This document shows, one piece after another, positions 40,401 to 52,468 of a DNA stretch of 64,000 nt (within the stretch, counting starts at the first letter, position 1; the number at the start of each line of letters is the position of its first letter). The DNA is from Takakia lepidozioides (Eukaryota > Plantae > Bryophyta). Location: the NCBI GenBank assembly GCA_030704615.1, contig CM060732.1, positions 55,738,001-55,802,000 on the forward strand, read 5' to 3'. Made by a program: the position numbers and the translations under genes. The notes beneath the pieces are model-generated. The model ran no database searches. It was given only the letters and a program-made list of their open reading frames with translations, and was not told the origin of the DNA.

Positions 40401-40610
40401 CCTTGCTTAGTGCCTGCAGAATTCATGGCAATGTCGAGGTGGCAGAACATGCGGCAAAATGCCTTCTCAAGTTTGACTCACAGAACGCAGACGCTTTGTA
40501 GAAGAAGAATTGCATCCAGAAATTGAGTACATCCTTGCTGAGCTGATGAGAGTTGTCTGGCAGATGGAGGAGTGGCTGGCGATTGATTTTGGTCTCGTCT
40601 GGACCACCCT
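37477..40610 (+). pseudogene. PLS-class PPR pseudogene with E/E+ and DYW remnants
   Basis: Repeated MYAKCG / VVSWNAMI / TF..IL.AC motifs across ORFs 37804-38619, 38665-38880, 38852-39241, 39252-39803, 39993-40262 and 40220-40501 (VDLLGRAGRLDEA...WRALLSACRIHG). Premature stops at 38617 (TAG) and 39801 (TGA), plus several frameshifts and deletions. Confidence 0.9.
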
Positions 40611-41105
40611 GGATGCATGTAAAATGGTGACGTGTATGTGCACTTTTTTGCAGTGTTTGGTTTGAGGAGGTTCTAGTGGGGATCCATGTGGATCATGAAG
40701 CATGTGGCAAAAGAAAAACTTGGGACGCAGCGGTGCACCTGACAGTGAACAACTTGTAATCCTTGGGCATGGGACGAAGCAGGGAGGAAGGGCATGAGAA
40801 CTGGGAAAAGGCAAATGATCTGGCAGGCAGCAAGCTTGGCACGTGGCACATGAATTTAAGGAGACAAGCTGCTGTTTTTCTTAGAGCGGGTTTGTAGACG
40901 GGTGTAATCACATCCACTTAAGCTGGGGCAGCGTGCAAGGTAAATGGAAAGCTTTTGAGAAAAGCTTGGGAATTAGAGGAAAGTGACTGTCAGGGAGCCT
41001 CGAAGTCCATGGATTGAAAAAGTGTCCCCACTAATCTGGTTGTCTTGTTGGGTTGTTGATTATATTATGTTCTTATCTTATCAAGTGGATTGTCTTCTCT
41101 TTAAG

Positions 41106-41210
41106 AGGTAAAGCTCTTACCCGAGGACTTTCCTGGATTTTTTGAGAGTCGTGCAGAGCTCGAGGGCAGACCCCAGAAATCCGGAAAATTCAAGGGTAAG
41201 AACTTTACCT
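41106..41210. repeat. Small foldback/MITE-like inverted repeat
   Basis: AGGTAAAGCTCTTACCC...TTTCCTGGATTT pairs with AAATCCGGAAAA...GGGTAAGAACTTTACCT. Confidence 0.6.
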
Positions 41211-43369
41211 GTTGTAAAGCAAAGCTCAAAAATATCCCTCTGCCCCTGCCTGGATTATGAGAATGCCCCGGGCTGAGGGCTGTAATCCAGAATCTATCGG
41301 AGGCAGAGTGACATATTCCAGCGAAGGGATATTCTGCTTGGAGATGTCACAATATTTACAAAGAGAAGAAAAGATGTAGTATGCCATGGACTAACCACTG
41401 AGTCTGCTTTTATGCAAGTGAGGGATGCAGATGCACCCTGCATACTTCAACTTTGTACATGGTGGTCTTCATCTGAGCACATGATGAAAAGATGTAAGTT
41501 ACATTTCTCATGAAATCTTCCTTGTTGATATGAGCCAGAATACAGAGTTCACCTGGATGTCTTCTCTCCAGCTGCAGCCCATGAAAGGCACCCCACTTTT
41601 CCAAAAAAACTGCACTGGAGCATACTGGAAATTTCAGGTTCGAAATCTGACCAAATCCACCAACAAATCATCACATGTTTCTAGATGACTCATTTGAGGT
41701 TGACTTTCTCTCCCTGTTAACAGGGAGGCTGGAGACGAATATGAACAGCAGACTCCACCATGGGGACCGACCGATGTGACGGCAGAGTTTACTTTCTGCA
41801 GAGAAGTCCTGAAGTATAATTTGGAATGTCTGTTGGCCTATTCTACTATCACAAAGATTCTAAAGTTCAAACATTCAAACAGGCATATAGGAGGCTTGCA
41901 CAGAGTTACAGGCATAGTGGCTGGGGTATTTGTGTCTTGCCTGTGCATAGCCAAGGTGAGCTGGGATGCGATCTTTCAAATGCCCCTTGATGCTGTGCAC
42001 TGAGCACCAGGCTTTGTAAATTTGCCAGCCCTCAAACAGTCTTTACTTCGCAACCTGCGCTCCGGGATTGAATGTCACAAATTTAACTCTCAGGTCTACT
42101 ACTTCTATGCGCAGCACATATAGAGCTAGTGTCATACCCATAAATTTAGCATCATGAATATCTCAAATTTTCTTACTAGAGGCTCAATCCTTCCACTGTA
42201 AAGAGTGAGAAGGAATTGCGGTTACTGACTGCTTCTTTGATGTTTTTTTATATAGAGAACAGAGGACAGAGGCCCTGTTGATGTTTGGGTCTCGAACAAT
42301 ATTCTGCGAATGGAACAAGCTGCCACCGACCAGCTGGAGCAACATCAATACCACCATCCACCGCATCGCCGGAGTTTGTCAGGGACATAAACTGGAAGCA
42401 CGTCAAGGAGGGCGTCAAACAATCGAGGCTCCACTTTCGCTGATGTTTGGTAGCTCTGAAGTATGGTCGAGCTGTAATCACTCAATCGCCTCCAGGATAC
42501 ACCCATGTTCTGTGATGTAGCTACTCAATAATTAATCCCCAGGCGTTTTGCCCTGGGGATGCTTGATAATTACAAAGCAATTACTAGCAAGGTTTTATTT
42601 ACTCAATCAGAGTAGGAAAGTTCGCATTTCACTGACTTCGGTGTGTGGGCCATGTGGTGTTCCCGAGGGTTTAATTTTTTCCCTCTAAATAATTCCAAAT
42701 AAAGTAAAAACAAGGCCACTGCCCCCTGTTCTTAAAAATAAAATATATAAAATATATATATATATATATATTGGGCGGGTATAGGTGTAGGTATGGCCAG
42801 GTCTCATGCTGATTATTCACAAGTGGATAATCGGATCTGACAAGCCCCTCTCGCACGTCTGCTCCTTACCTGCGTGGCTTCCTCGAGAGTCAACATCCTT
42901 CATATGACACATAGCTGGTTAAACTGGAGTTGGACTTATAATTTTCTCCAATGATGTTGACCATACGCTAGAATCAACCTTCAATTTCAAGTGGGAAAGA
43001 TGGCCCTGATGGAAGTTAACAAGTTACACCTCATTTTCAGTTTCCTGGTTGGAAGGCCTTAACACACCCACTTTGGATATTAGTATCACTATTTTTTATT
43101 TTTTTAATAAAAGGGAAACACCTGGGAGCGACATCTGCACCAATTTGCTTCAAATTGGTCCACAGGTTTCTTGGTCTGGTCTGTAGTCTAAAGTGGCCCT
43201 AAGTAGAAGTCCAAAAAGCATCCAGAATCTTGCATATGAAGTATTCATGCATAATTCTGCATTAGCAGATCTGTCAGGAGTTTGCTATGCATTCAGTAGT
43301 AACATAATATCATGCTTCTTAGATAAGGATGATGAAGTAAGAAGGAAGACTTGTGCGCAAGCAGCGCGA

Positions 43370-43652
43370 CTTATGGTGTCACTCCACCCCAAAAGACTAC
43401 TACCTTCTGTTTTAAAGGTGGACACCTTCTAACAGCCACTTGCCATAACCCCCGCACTCTCCCCTCCCACCCCCAAAAGAACTTGAAAGTAGAGTTCCTG
43501 GCCAACACATTGACCCGAGTATATCCCCTTTTTATGGCTGGGTTAGCCATAATGGGTGACATCCAACACTTAAGTATGTGGCTTAACTGGCTTTAAACCC
43601 ATGCCACTTGTAATATGGCCTGGCGCCCTAACCACTGGGACATCTGGTGGAT
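43370..43652 (-). repeat. Diverged copy of the tRNA-headed SINE-like family also at 58912 and 59951
   Basis: Minus strand has a TGTCCCAGTGGTTAGGGCG...GGTTTAAAGCC head and the shared body GGTGTCCACCTTT...GAAGGTAGTAG...GACACCATAAG. Confidence 0.55.
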
Positions 43653-43753
43653 GCTGATGATACGCTTTTGTAATTTACAGTTTAGTTGTCAGGTCTGTAT
43701 GTATACACAAGTCTGTGAAGCTATGTAATCGACAGTCAGTGGGGCTTGTCTCT

Positions 43754-46589
43754 CTATGGATGCTCGGATTTGTGCAACCCATCAGGAGCATTGAGGGCTT
43801 TGAGTCCAAGATGGCCAGACTCACTAGTTTGGAGGGTGCTCTCCACCTTGTACTTGTAAAACTGGGCACAGATGAGAAAGGCACAGAAGTTTGAGGCCAT
43901 GAGCACAGCAGTGAGCCAGTAGAGGTTGTCGAGGCGGCATCTGTTGATGTTGTTCACAATCCAGCTCTGGTGACCAGACCGCCCAGTAACCTCCACTACA
44001 ACCTTGGTCAATGCTGTACTCCAAAAGTTGCCGATACCGATAGAGGCCAGGCAAAAGGCTGTTCCCAGGCTTCGCATGCCGTAGGGATATTGATTATAGA
44101 AAAATTCCATTTGTGCTACACTTGAGAAGACCTCCATTAGCCCAAACAGAGCATATTGTGGAAGCAGCCAAAAGATGGTGAGAGGAACCACCTTCTGCGG
44201 CTGATGGAGAAGGCCGTGCTCAGTCACAACCTGCACAGTATGGCCACGATGTGTTCTGTGAAGTGTACCACCTAAAAATTGGATGGTGAACTATGGCGCA
44301 CAATGTTTACACTTAGAAAGCTATGCATATGCACAGATCCTGACAGAGTGAGCTGTTTGGGCATGTGTGAGTGCAAGGTTGGGTGGCTTCAGGATTACAA
44401 CTTGGACTATTGCGCACTGATCTACAATGCCCACACTGCATTAGAAAGTGAGAGTACAGCAAATTACCTTCAGTCGCTTCATTTCAGTAAAAGCTGCGAC
44501 GATGCAGACCAGAACTCCAAGGAGTAGACCTGTTCCCAGGCGTGTAAGCATCGAAATTCCTCTTGCGTTTCCTGTGAAGCGGCGAAGTGCAGGAACCAAA
44601 AGTCGGTCATACAGGGGGATGAAAATCAGGATCGTAATTGTAAGGAACCCCTGGAGCGAAGCAGGGGGGATTTGGAAGTGTGGCCCCATGTGGGTGTCCA
44701 TGGTGCGACCCTGCCTTGTGTAGAAGGTTTGCATCTGGGCTTGCAACAAACCGAGCGGGGTCATTGTAAGCCAAATCGGCAGCATTCGTAGCACTTGTTT
44801 CACTTCCTCCACCTGTGTCACCGTACAGAGCCTCCATGGACTAGTATCAACCTTGCGAAATTTCTTGGGTTCGGCCTCAACAGATAATTTTTCGGCTGCT
44901 GCTTTATCCAGAAAGCTGCCAAAAAACAATAACATCAGAAGCAGCAGGAGGTTTGCAGCTACATATTCACTGTAATTTAATCCATCGAGGTCACTTGAAC
45001 TCGAGTTTGAGTACACACAACAATTTCTCGAGATCTATCGTAGCTTCACATGCTGAGTGCATGCGTCATGTGCGTCAAGTTATGAGAAAGTCAATCTCGC
45101 TGGACATGAACGTGGAGTGATGCTTACAAGAAGCCCTGCGTGTGCTGAATGCGTTGCCAGCTTGGATCAAGTAGAGATCCGTCGTCATAGACTTCATACA
45201 ACGTGACTTTGTCCGAGGAGACAACAAGATTCCGGTTGTGCAATGCTGCTACAAACACCTGGGCCATGCGTGTCAAAGGGCTGCCAGTTGGCGGCTGATA
45301 CCTGTAGAATTGAGCACCGGATAGTATACAGATGAAGGCTACAATGAATCCTGCTGTTGGGATACCATATCCCCAGCCCCAGCCCACGTTGTCTTGGATG
45401 TAGACCATCACTGTTTGAGCAAGAAGGGCACCTATCTCGATACAATGATACCACCAGTTGAAGAATGAAAATTTCATTCTCCTCTCCTCCCCAACTCCAT
45501 CATCGAATTGGTCGGCCCCAAGTGTTGACATGTTCGGCTTCACTCCGCCCAAGCCCAGTGCTATCAAGTAGAGCGAGAAATAGAAGAATGTAAGCTCGCC
45601 AGAAGTTGCACCTTGACAAGAGGTAGCAGCTGAATGACACTTAGGCGGTCTCAAATGGGGTAGGGACACAGACAAGGTCAAGGATACCATTCCCTGCAAT
45701 TCCAACGTCCGTATTGAGTGTTCTCTTAGGAAGTTAATTAATGTCATGCATGCTTAGTTGTGGGCAGAAGTTAGCATTCGAGCTAACCGTGCTGCTCATC
45801 GACTACTGCAGGTAGGGGAGTGTAAGGAGGGACAGTAGGTTCTTCAAATTATGGGAAGGTGGTGGGACTGGAAGTAAATTCTTGAAAGGCAAGAAATTTG
45901 TACTTGTGATGTTCTTTGAGCCTGGTGCAAATCAGAGGGAACATGTATACTACTTGAATTAGTGTTCGAATAAAGACGCACTCTAAGGTTGAAAACTTGC
46001 ATCTTGCCATGAGTTGAAAGAGCACCAGCAGGTATAACACAGCGAAGACAACGATGGTCCTGAAGCGACCCAAGAATGTGTCCGCAACGAATGCTCCAAT
46101 TAGCGGAGTAATCCAGGCCGAACCTCCCCAGTTAAATACGTTTGTCGAAGAAACTTCTGTGCCTTCGTGCAGCACGGTCGTAAGATATGTCACAAGGTTT
46201 GCCACTATCCCAAAATACGCCACTCGCTCCAACACCTCTCCCACTGTTTAGCATCAAAGAGACATTGTCTTCACAGATGAGTAGGCATCTTTCCCCAGCA
46301 CTTCAACTTTCGACCTCATCCACGTACAATGCAAAATTTAAGCTGCTTTTTCTATTATCTACCGATTGAACTACCATTCCGCATGTAACCTATTCTGTAG
46401 AATTGAAGAGAAGTAGGTACCCATCAGAAAGGAAGTGGCTTTCCAGCGGCCAGTGGTTGTCATGTCTGCTGGTTTCCCGCTGATGTCCACTGAACAATCC
46501 GTTAAGTGACGCTTCTTGCCATTGACGTCTTTGATGTCCGGTGTGCTATGAACTCTCTGTGCATTGGTGTTCTTCTCCATGAACGCCAT
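43754..46589 (-). CDS. NPF: NPF transporter (paralog C), 5 exons, close paralog of B
   Basis: Exons ~46589-46421, ~46243-46026, ~45692-45127, ~44915-44468, ~44231-43754. Motifs TGRWKA, EVLERVAY, GGVKPNMSTLGADQFD, WRLCTVTQVEEVK. Same intron positions as paralog B. Confidence 0.94.
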
Positions 46590-48653
46590 GATAACTAAGC
46601 TGGATTGCTTGAACTTTTCAGAGAAGTCAAGATTCCCGTGGCACTAAGAGGCGGACTGCATTGGCGGAGAAGGAAAGAGAATAGTGGCTCCGATAGAGAA
46701 TCAAAGCTTTTGGGTTCTGGAATTGCGAGGACGTCTCTGACAACGTCCAGGAAAAAGGCCGATCTCGCAAAGGCAGGCCTAGATAAAATATCACTAATCA
46801 CCTAGCAAACCCCAACTCAAAAGAAGACACTAACAATGACTGCGAAAGACACAAGGGAGTCTCCGTACACAGCTGATAGGATAGAAACTTCCTGAAGGAA
46901 CCTGAGAGCGACACTCAGATCAGAGAGCAAAAGAAATATCACGTCGGCTGTAGGCCCAACCCAAGTGACACCAACATGACAACAAAGACCCACAGACCAA
47001 ACAATCCGCAAATCCAGAGAGGAAGAGTGAGAAGAGATTGCTCCCAACAGAATCAGGAGACCGCGTACTCCTTGCCAATGTGAAACACCCAAACCAAGTG
47101 CAATCAAGACAAACGACTAAATATCCATGAACATCTACGACAGGCCTGCCGTGTACCAATCGAGCTCCTGCAATCATAAACTCCTTGATAAATGCGTGCT
47201 GGCAACAAAGATTGAACGTGAATGAGATACTACCGACTGCAGACTGACAGCGTACGCTCTCTCCTCAACCCTGGACAGGAGCTGGACAGTTGCTGTGGGT
47301 CCCCAAAGGCATGCACGTACTGACAGCCGCCGTCAATGAACGCCTTGTGAAGACCAAGGCCATGCCCCCAACTTTAATGTTTATATTGTCAATTATATTT
47401 ATGTCTGAGACCCCTAGATTTAGTCACAGGCAACAAAAAAACACAAACCGAGACCAGAATTTCAACTCGAAATTAGGGTGCAAGTACCGGTTATGGCCCA
47501 ACAAGTTACTGAAATGCTTTTTACTTGTTCTACTTTTAGCCTCTGATCTCATGTAATACCTTAATAGAACGGGCTTTATATAGGACATATTTCTTTAGTT
47601 GAAAGTTTAAATTCTTCTTTTTTCCAGAATTACAAGTCCCCATATAATTTTTTCTTTTTTAAACTTTATCGGATGCCTAGCAAATCTTGATCCTATTTTG
47701 GCGCACCATGTTCCTATTGTGGTGCATGGTGAACCTTGTTCATTGTAACTTGGGATAATAACCATTTTAAAATATAAAGATACCACTGGAAAGCTCTTCA
47801 TCCTCCCCATCTTTTAATTAGAGCATCTCCACGGTGAGTAGGGCCGTCAAACATTATATACCCTGGTGATTACAAGGGTGACCGTAGTTTTTAAGGGGAA
47901 TGTTTGGTTAGTATTCCACACTGGGGACGGTAGGAGAGCCTGCAGAAGATCATCGCCCCATGCCCATCGCGGGATAGCAATCTTGGCCCGTTGACCAAGG
48001 ACATCATATCTCTTGACCTCACAAATTTAATGTGGAGTGGTTGGCCGGTCCCTATATGTTTGGCAAAAGTGTCGGGCTAGAGGCAGATTTGAGGTGGGGC
48101 TTGGAGCAATTCTACGGGGCTGAGGCAACTGCTCCGTGGCCCCGCCACACCAGATTGCCGTTTTTGGGCAGGTACAATGTCACCGTGGAGATGCTCTTAG
48201 AACAGTTTTCAATAGGCCTTCATCTACTTGGAGTAATTTGAATGGTTCACAAGTCACCATATGTGCTAAATTGCAAGTTTGGTACCTTGGATTGTAACCA
48301 TTCTCGAAATTAAACATACCATTGAGAAGCTCTTTATGTGCCCCATCATTTTGTAGTTAGAACAATTTTCAATAGAATTCATCTACCTAGGGTAAATTGA
48401 GTGTAGAAGAAGGGTTCGATGGTTCAATCCTTCGTGGGTACGTTTATTGACCAATCGTGGTGCACCCAGCCTAACATTGTTGTAATACATTCCAAAACTG
48501 GGTGCGTCATAGGGGTGTACGTTGGTGCACCACAATTTGCGCATGCCACATGGCCGGTGCTTCTATATGGTTTCATGCATTACTTAGGGCGTTATCACAC
48601 GATCGGCAAAAAAAAAACGTGAGATGCAATTGGTTGAGTCATCGCAGAGCGAC

Positions 48654-49366
48654 TGTCGCGCACCTCACTTCGGTAAGCTCCCCTTCAAGTCATAGTTACT
48701 TGCTCTGATGCGCACGCCTAACTCCCTAACTGGCCGCCGGGCCAACTCGGAGCTTCGGCTGCTCACCGGGACATAACGGTCCCCTTTACTCCTCCACAAG
48801 ACCCTCTCCCAATTTGGGCCTAGTGGAAATTCCCTTTGGTCGATGGCAGTCCGGAATAGCTCCCCACACCTTGGTCGCTTTCCGGCTCGCACGCTTACTC
48901 ACTAGTTTTGGTCACCAACAGGCTTGCACCGTTCTCGGGGTTATTACTCCCTATATATACTTCTGTGACTGTCCGCGGGGGTTTCACAAATAACCATGTC
49001 ATTTTATGGCGAACCACCACGAAAACCCTTGATTCCCGGTGATGTGTCGCGGTGAGTCTTGGCCCACTCACCACAGTCCCATTGGACCGTGATGAGTCCC
49101 AAGACTCCCCACAACTCCCACCACAAGGTCTCCGCCCCATGGTGAGTCCTATGCCACCCCCACTAAGTCCCACTAAGCTACCATCACCCTCGGGAACCAC
49201 CCCCACCGCAACCCGGTGTGCGGGGCTCCACTTAGTGAGCGCCTCCGCCTCCTTGAGTGCCTTGGACACTCAAGGGTGCTTTAGCCCCGCATCTATTGTT
49301 GCCACTACCCCCACCACAGGGGCAGCCCCTCTCGACCCCCTGCCCTCAAGGCGAAGGGCCGCGACA
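48654..49366 (-). repeat. 3' LTR (713 bp)
   Basis: TG...CA termini with a 7-bp inverted repeat; aligns with 51749-52468 and 55581-56193. Confidence 0.93.
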
Positions 49367-50263
49367 CACACCCCTACCAACAGGGAGTCGATGTCCTGAT
49401 CGACTTGTCTATTTTGTAGAAAAGAACATCCAAGTTGTGGCGTCCCACATCAAGGAGTTTGTTTCCGCACCATGGCGTCATATGGCTAAGAACCAAATCC
49501 CCACTTGATTCTACTCTCCACTAGCTAGTTCGGCCGACTTCCTCCAAGTCCCGGCCAAGGGTAGAGCCTCTCAAGCTTCTCCCAGTGCTCTTCTTGACCC
49601 ACTTCAGGCCAAGGGATCATCAAGAGATCGATCGCCTTACTGCAACAACATTTGCTTGCGACCACTCGTGATGTCGCTTTTGGCATCACCTTGAGCAAGG
49701 GTTCGCCTTGAACCCTTTATTACTAGGAAGATAACCTTGAACCAACCGTGCGCCCCAATCACTACAATTGGGTCCGCCTTGGAATGCTAGCTTGAGGTAC
49801 GGGAACATGCCGAAGCCGTACTACGACTTCGTCCCGAGGCTACACGATTATAGTACGTGAACGGAAGCACGTAGCTTCCGCATTAGTCCACACTACAAGG
49901 CAACCCCCTTGGTAGCGCAGTTATAGTACACGCACGCGCCAGGTGCGCACTAGCACGTGAACTCCCAACGAAGGTGCAAGTTTCCATTGCCCATTGGGTG
50001 GGAGTCACTCGATTTTGGCACTACAAAAACACATGATTAATCCAATTTACCTCTCCCACTTTTGTAGCTTAGCATGCATTCTACACACTAGCCAACCATA
50101 CCATGCATCACCATTCCAAAACAAATAGGACGCACAACATTTGGAAACCATTTCATTTATAACAAAATTTGTACAATACAAGTTTTTACAATCGGATTCC
50201 TGAGCTAGCTAAGCCGGGCTAAGCATGCATTTCCTCCCCCACGCTCCAAGGTTGATGTCCCTA

Positions 50264-51745
50264 TCAACGCTTCTTCCGCTTTTGAGGTCGCCCTTCGAAA
50301 GCTGCAACTGCCTCGGATGCGTTCCCCATTTCTGAGGCACGCACCCAAGATGCCTCCACATGATGATGGCCCTTCCATTTCACGAGATACTCCGTTTCTC
50401 GATTCTTGAACCTCCTCAACTTAAGCACTGCCTCCACCTCGTACTTAGGTTCATTTTTATGATCCAACAGCACAGGTGGCGGACGCAACACTTGAGGCTG
50501 ATTCGGATGCGCTTCATCTTTGAAGTAAGGCTTCAAAATGGAGACGTGGAATACCGGATGCACCTTGTTGTTTGCCAGCAGCTCCAATTCATACACATCC
50601 TCATTCATAACCTTCCGGATGCGAAAGGGTCCCGCATACGGAGTTACAAACTTCGGACTCACTTCCGGAGGTAGTCGAAAATTCTTGATGTTCAACCAGA
50701 CCTCCGTGCCTGCCTCAAACTTAACCTCCCTCCGCTTTCGATTTGTCTGCCGTTCATACCGTTTCTTAGCTTTGGCAATGTTGTACTTTGCGAGCTTCAA
50801 CAAACGTTCGCGTTCTTCCAGCACTGCCGCTGCTGCCGGTTCCTCAACGTCTTGGGCGGCCCAACTTGTCGGCATCATAGGTGCTTTTCCATAAACCAAT
50901 ACGAAGGGGGAAACTCCCGTTGCGGAATGTTTTGTGTTATTATAACATAACTTTGTCGCATCCAAGTGCTCCACCCAGTCCGATTGGTCTGTCGACACGT
51001 AATTCCGCAAGATCTGCTTCACCACGGAATTCACCCTTTCCGTTTGGCCGTCCGTTGTAGGTCGGAAGGCGGTGCTCATTTTGAGCCTCGTCCCCATTTT
51101 CTTCCAAAGTGCCCTCCAAAACTTACTTATAAACTTTGGATCGCGGTCCGAGACAATATCTTTCGGGAGTCCATGATGCTGGAAGACGTGGGCGAAGTAA
51201 AGTCGTCCCGTCTCCTGCGCCATTGCCATCTCCTTGGTGGGGATGAAATGGCCCATTTTACTAAACCTATCCACCACCACCATGATTGCATCGAATCATT
51301 TTGACAACGACATAGCAGTCATGAAATCCATCGAGACACTTTCCCAAGACCCCTCTGGAATCGGCAAGGGTTGTAACAGCCCCGCTTGCTTTTTGTACTC
51401 GCTCCGGTTTTGTTGGCATGTGGTGCATGTCTTGACATACTCCTCGGCCTCCTTCCTCAGTTTAGGCCAGAAATACTCTTTCTTCAGGAGTGTCGCGGTG
51501 CGCTTGGCTCCGCCGTGGCCCGCAAGCGGGCCATCATGGCATTCTTTCAAGAGACTATCTCTGATCCCTCCCTTCGGCACGTAGAGACATTTTTGCTTAT
51601 ACCAGAGCAGTCCATTTTGCAAGTGGAACTGTGATTTAACCCCCATCCTCAAGTCCCGCATCACGGACTTCACCATCTCATCCTTCCGGTAAGCCTTCCG
51701 GACCTTCCTCTGGAGTGTCGTCTCGCCCTTGTACACTAACATAAG
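50264..51745 (-). pseudogene. Retrotransposon integrase with GPF motif and C-terminal chromodomain (frameshifted)
   Basis: HHCC (CHDGPLAGHGG...CTTCQ), SMDF, IVSDRD, DGQTERVN, YAGPF and a chromodomain. Confidence 0.9.
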
Positions 51746-51748
51746 TTG

Positions 51749-52468
51749 TGTCGCGCACCTCACTTCGGTAAGTTCCCCTTCAAGTCATAGTTACTCGCTT
51801 TGATGCGCGCGCCTAACTCCCAACCTGGCCGCCGGGCCAATTCGGAGCTTCGGCTGCTCACCGGGACATAACGGTCCCCCTTTCTTTCCCCAACAGACCC
51901 TCCACCAATTTGGGCCTAGTGGAAATTCCCTTTGGTAGATGGCAATCCGGAATAGCTCCCCACTCCTTGGTCAGCTCACTTACTCACTAGTTTTTGGTCA
52001 CCAACGGGCTTGCACCATTCTCGGGGTTACTACTCCCTATATATACTTCTGTGACTGTCCGCGGGGGTTTCACAAACAACCATGCCATTTTATGGCGAAC
52101 CACCACGAAGACCCTCGATTCCCCGTGATGAGTCGCGATGAGTTTTGGCCCACCCACCACGGCCCCATTGGACCGTGGTGAGTCCAAAGACTCCCCACAA
52201 CTCCCACCACCAGGTCTCCGCCCCATGGTGAGTCCTATGCCACCCCCACTAAGTCCCACTAAGCTACCACCACCCCCTTGTGGAGCCACCCCCCCCCCAC
52301 CGCAACCCGGTGTGCGGGGCTCCACCTAATGAGCGCCTCCGCCTCCTTGAGTGTCTTGGGCACTTAAGGGTGCTTCAGCCCCCCGTACCTATTGCTACCA
52401 CCACCCCCACCACAGGGGCAGCCCCTCTGCATCCCGACCCCCTGCCCTCAAGGCAAAGGGCCGCGACA
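51749..52468 (-). mobile_element. Solo LTR of the same family nested in pol between RNase H and integrase
   Basis: Full 720-bp LTR flanked by a 5-bp TSD AGTTG (51744-51748) / AGCTG (52469-52473). It splits ...ADALSRKQQL | QLMLVYKGE... Confidence 0.9.

Noticed and set aside
42530-42590. Helitron 3' end (hairpin ATCCCCAGG...CCTGGGGAT then CTAG)
   Set aside because: The spacing to CTAG is long, the next base is not T, and no 5' end or Rep/helicase is visible.
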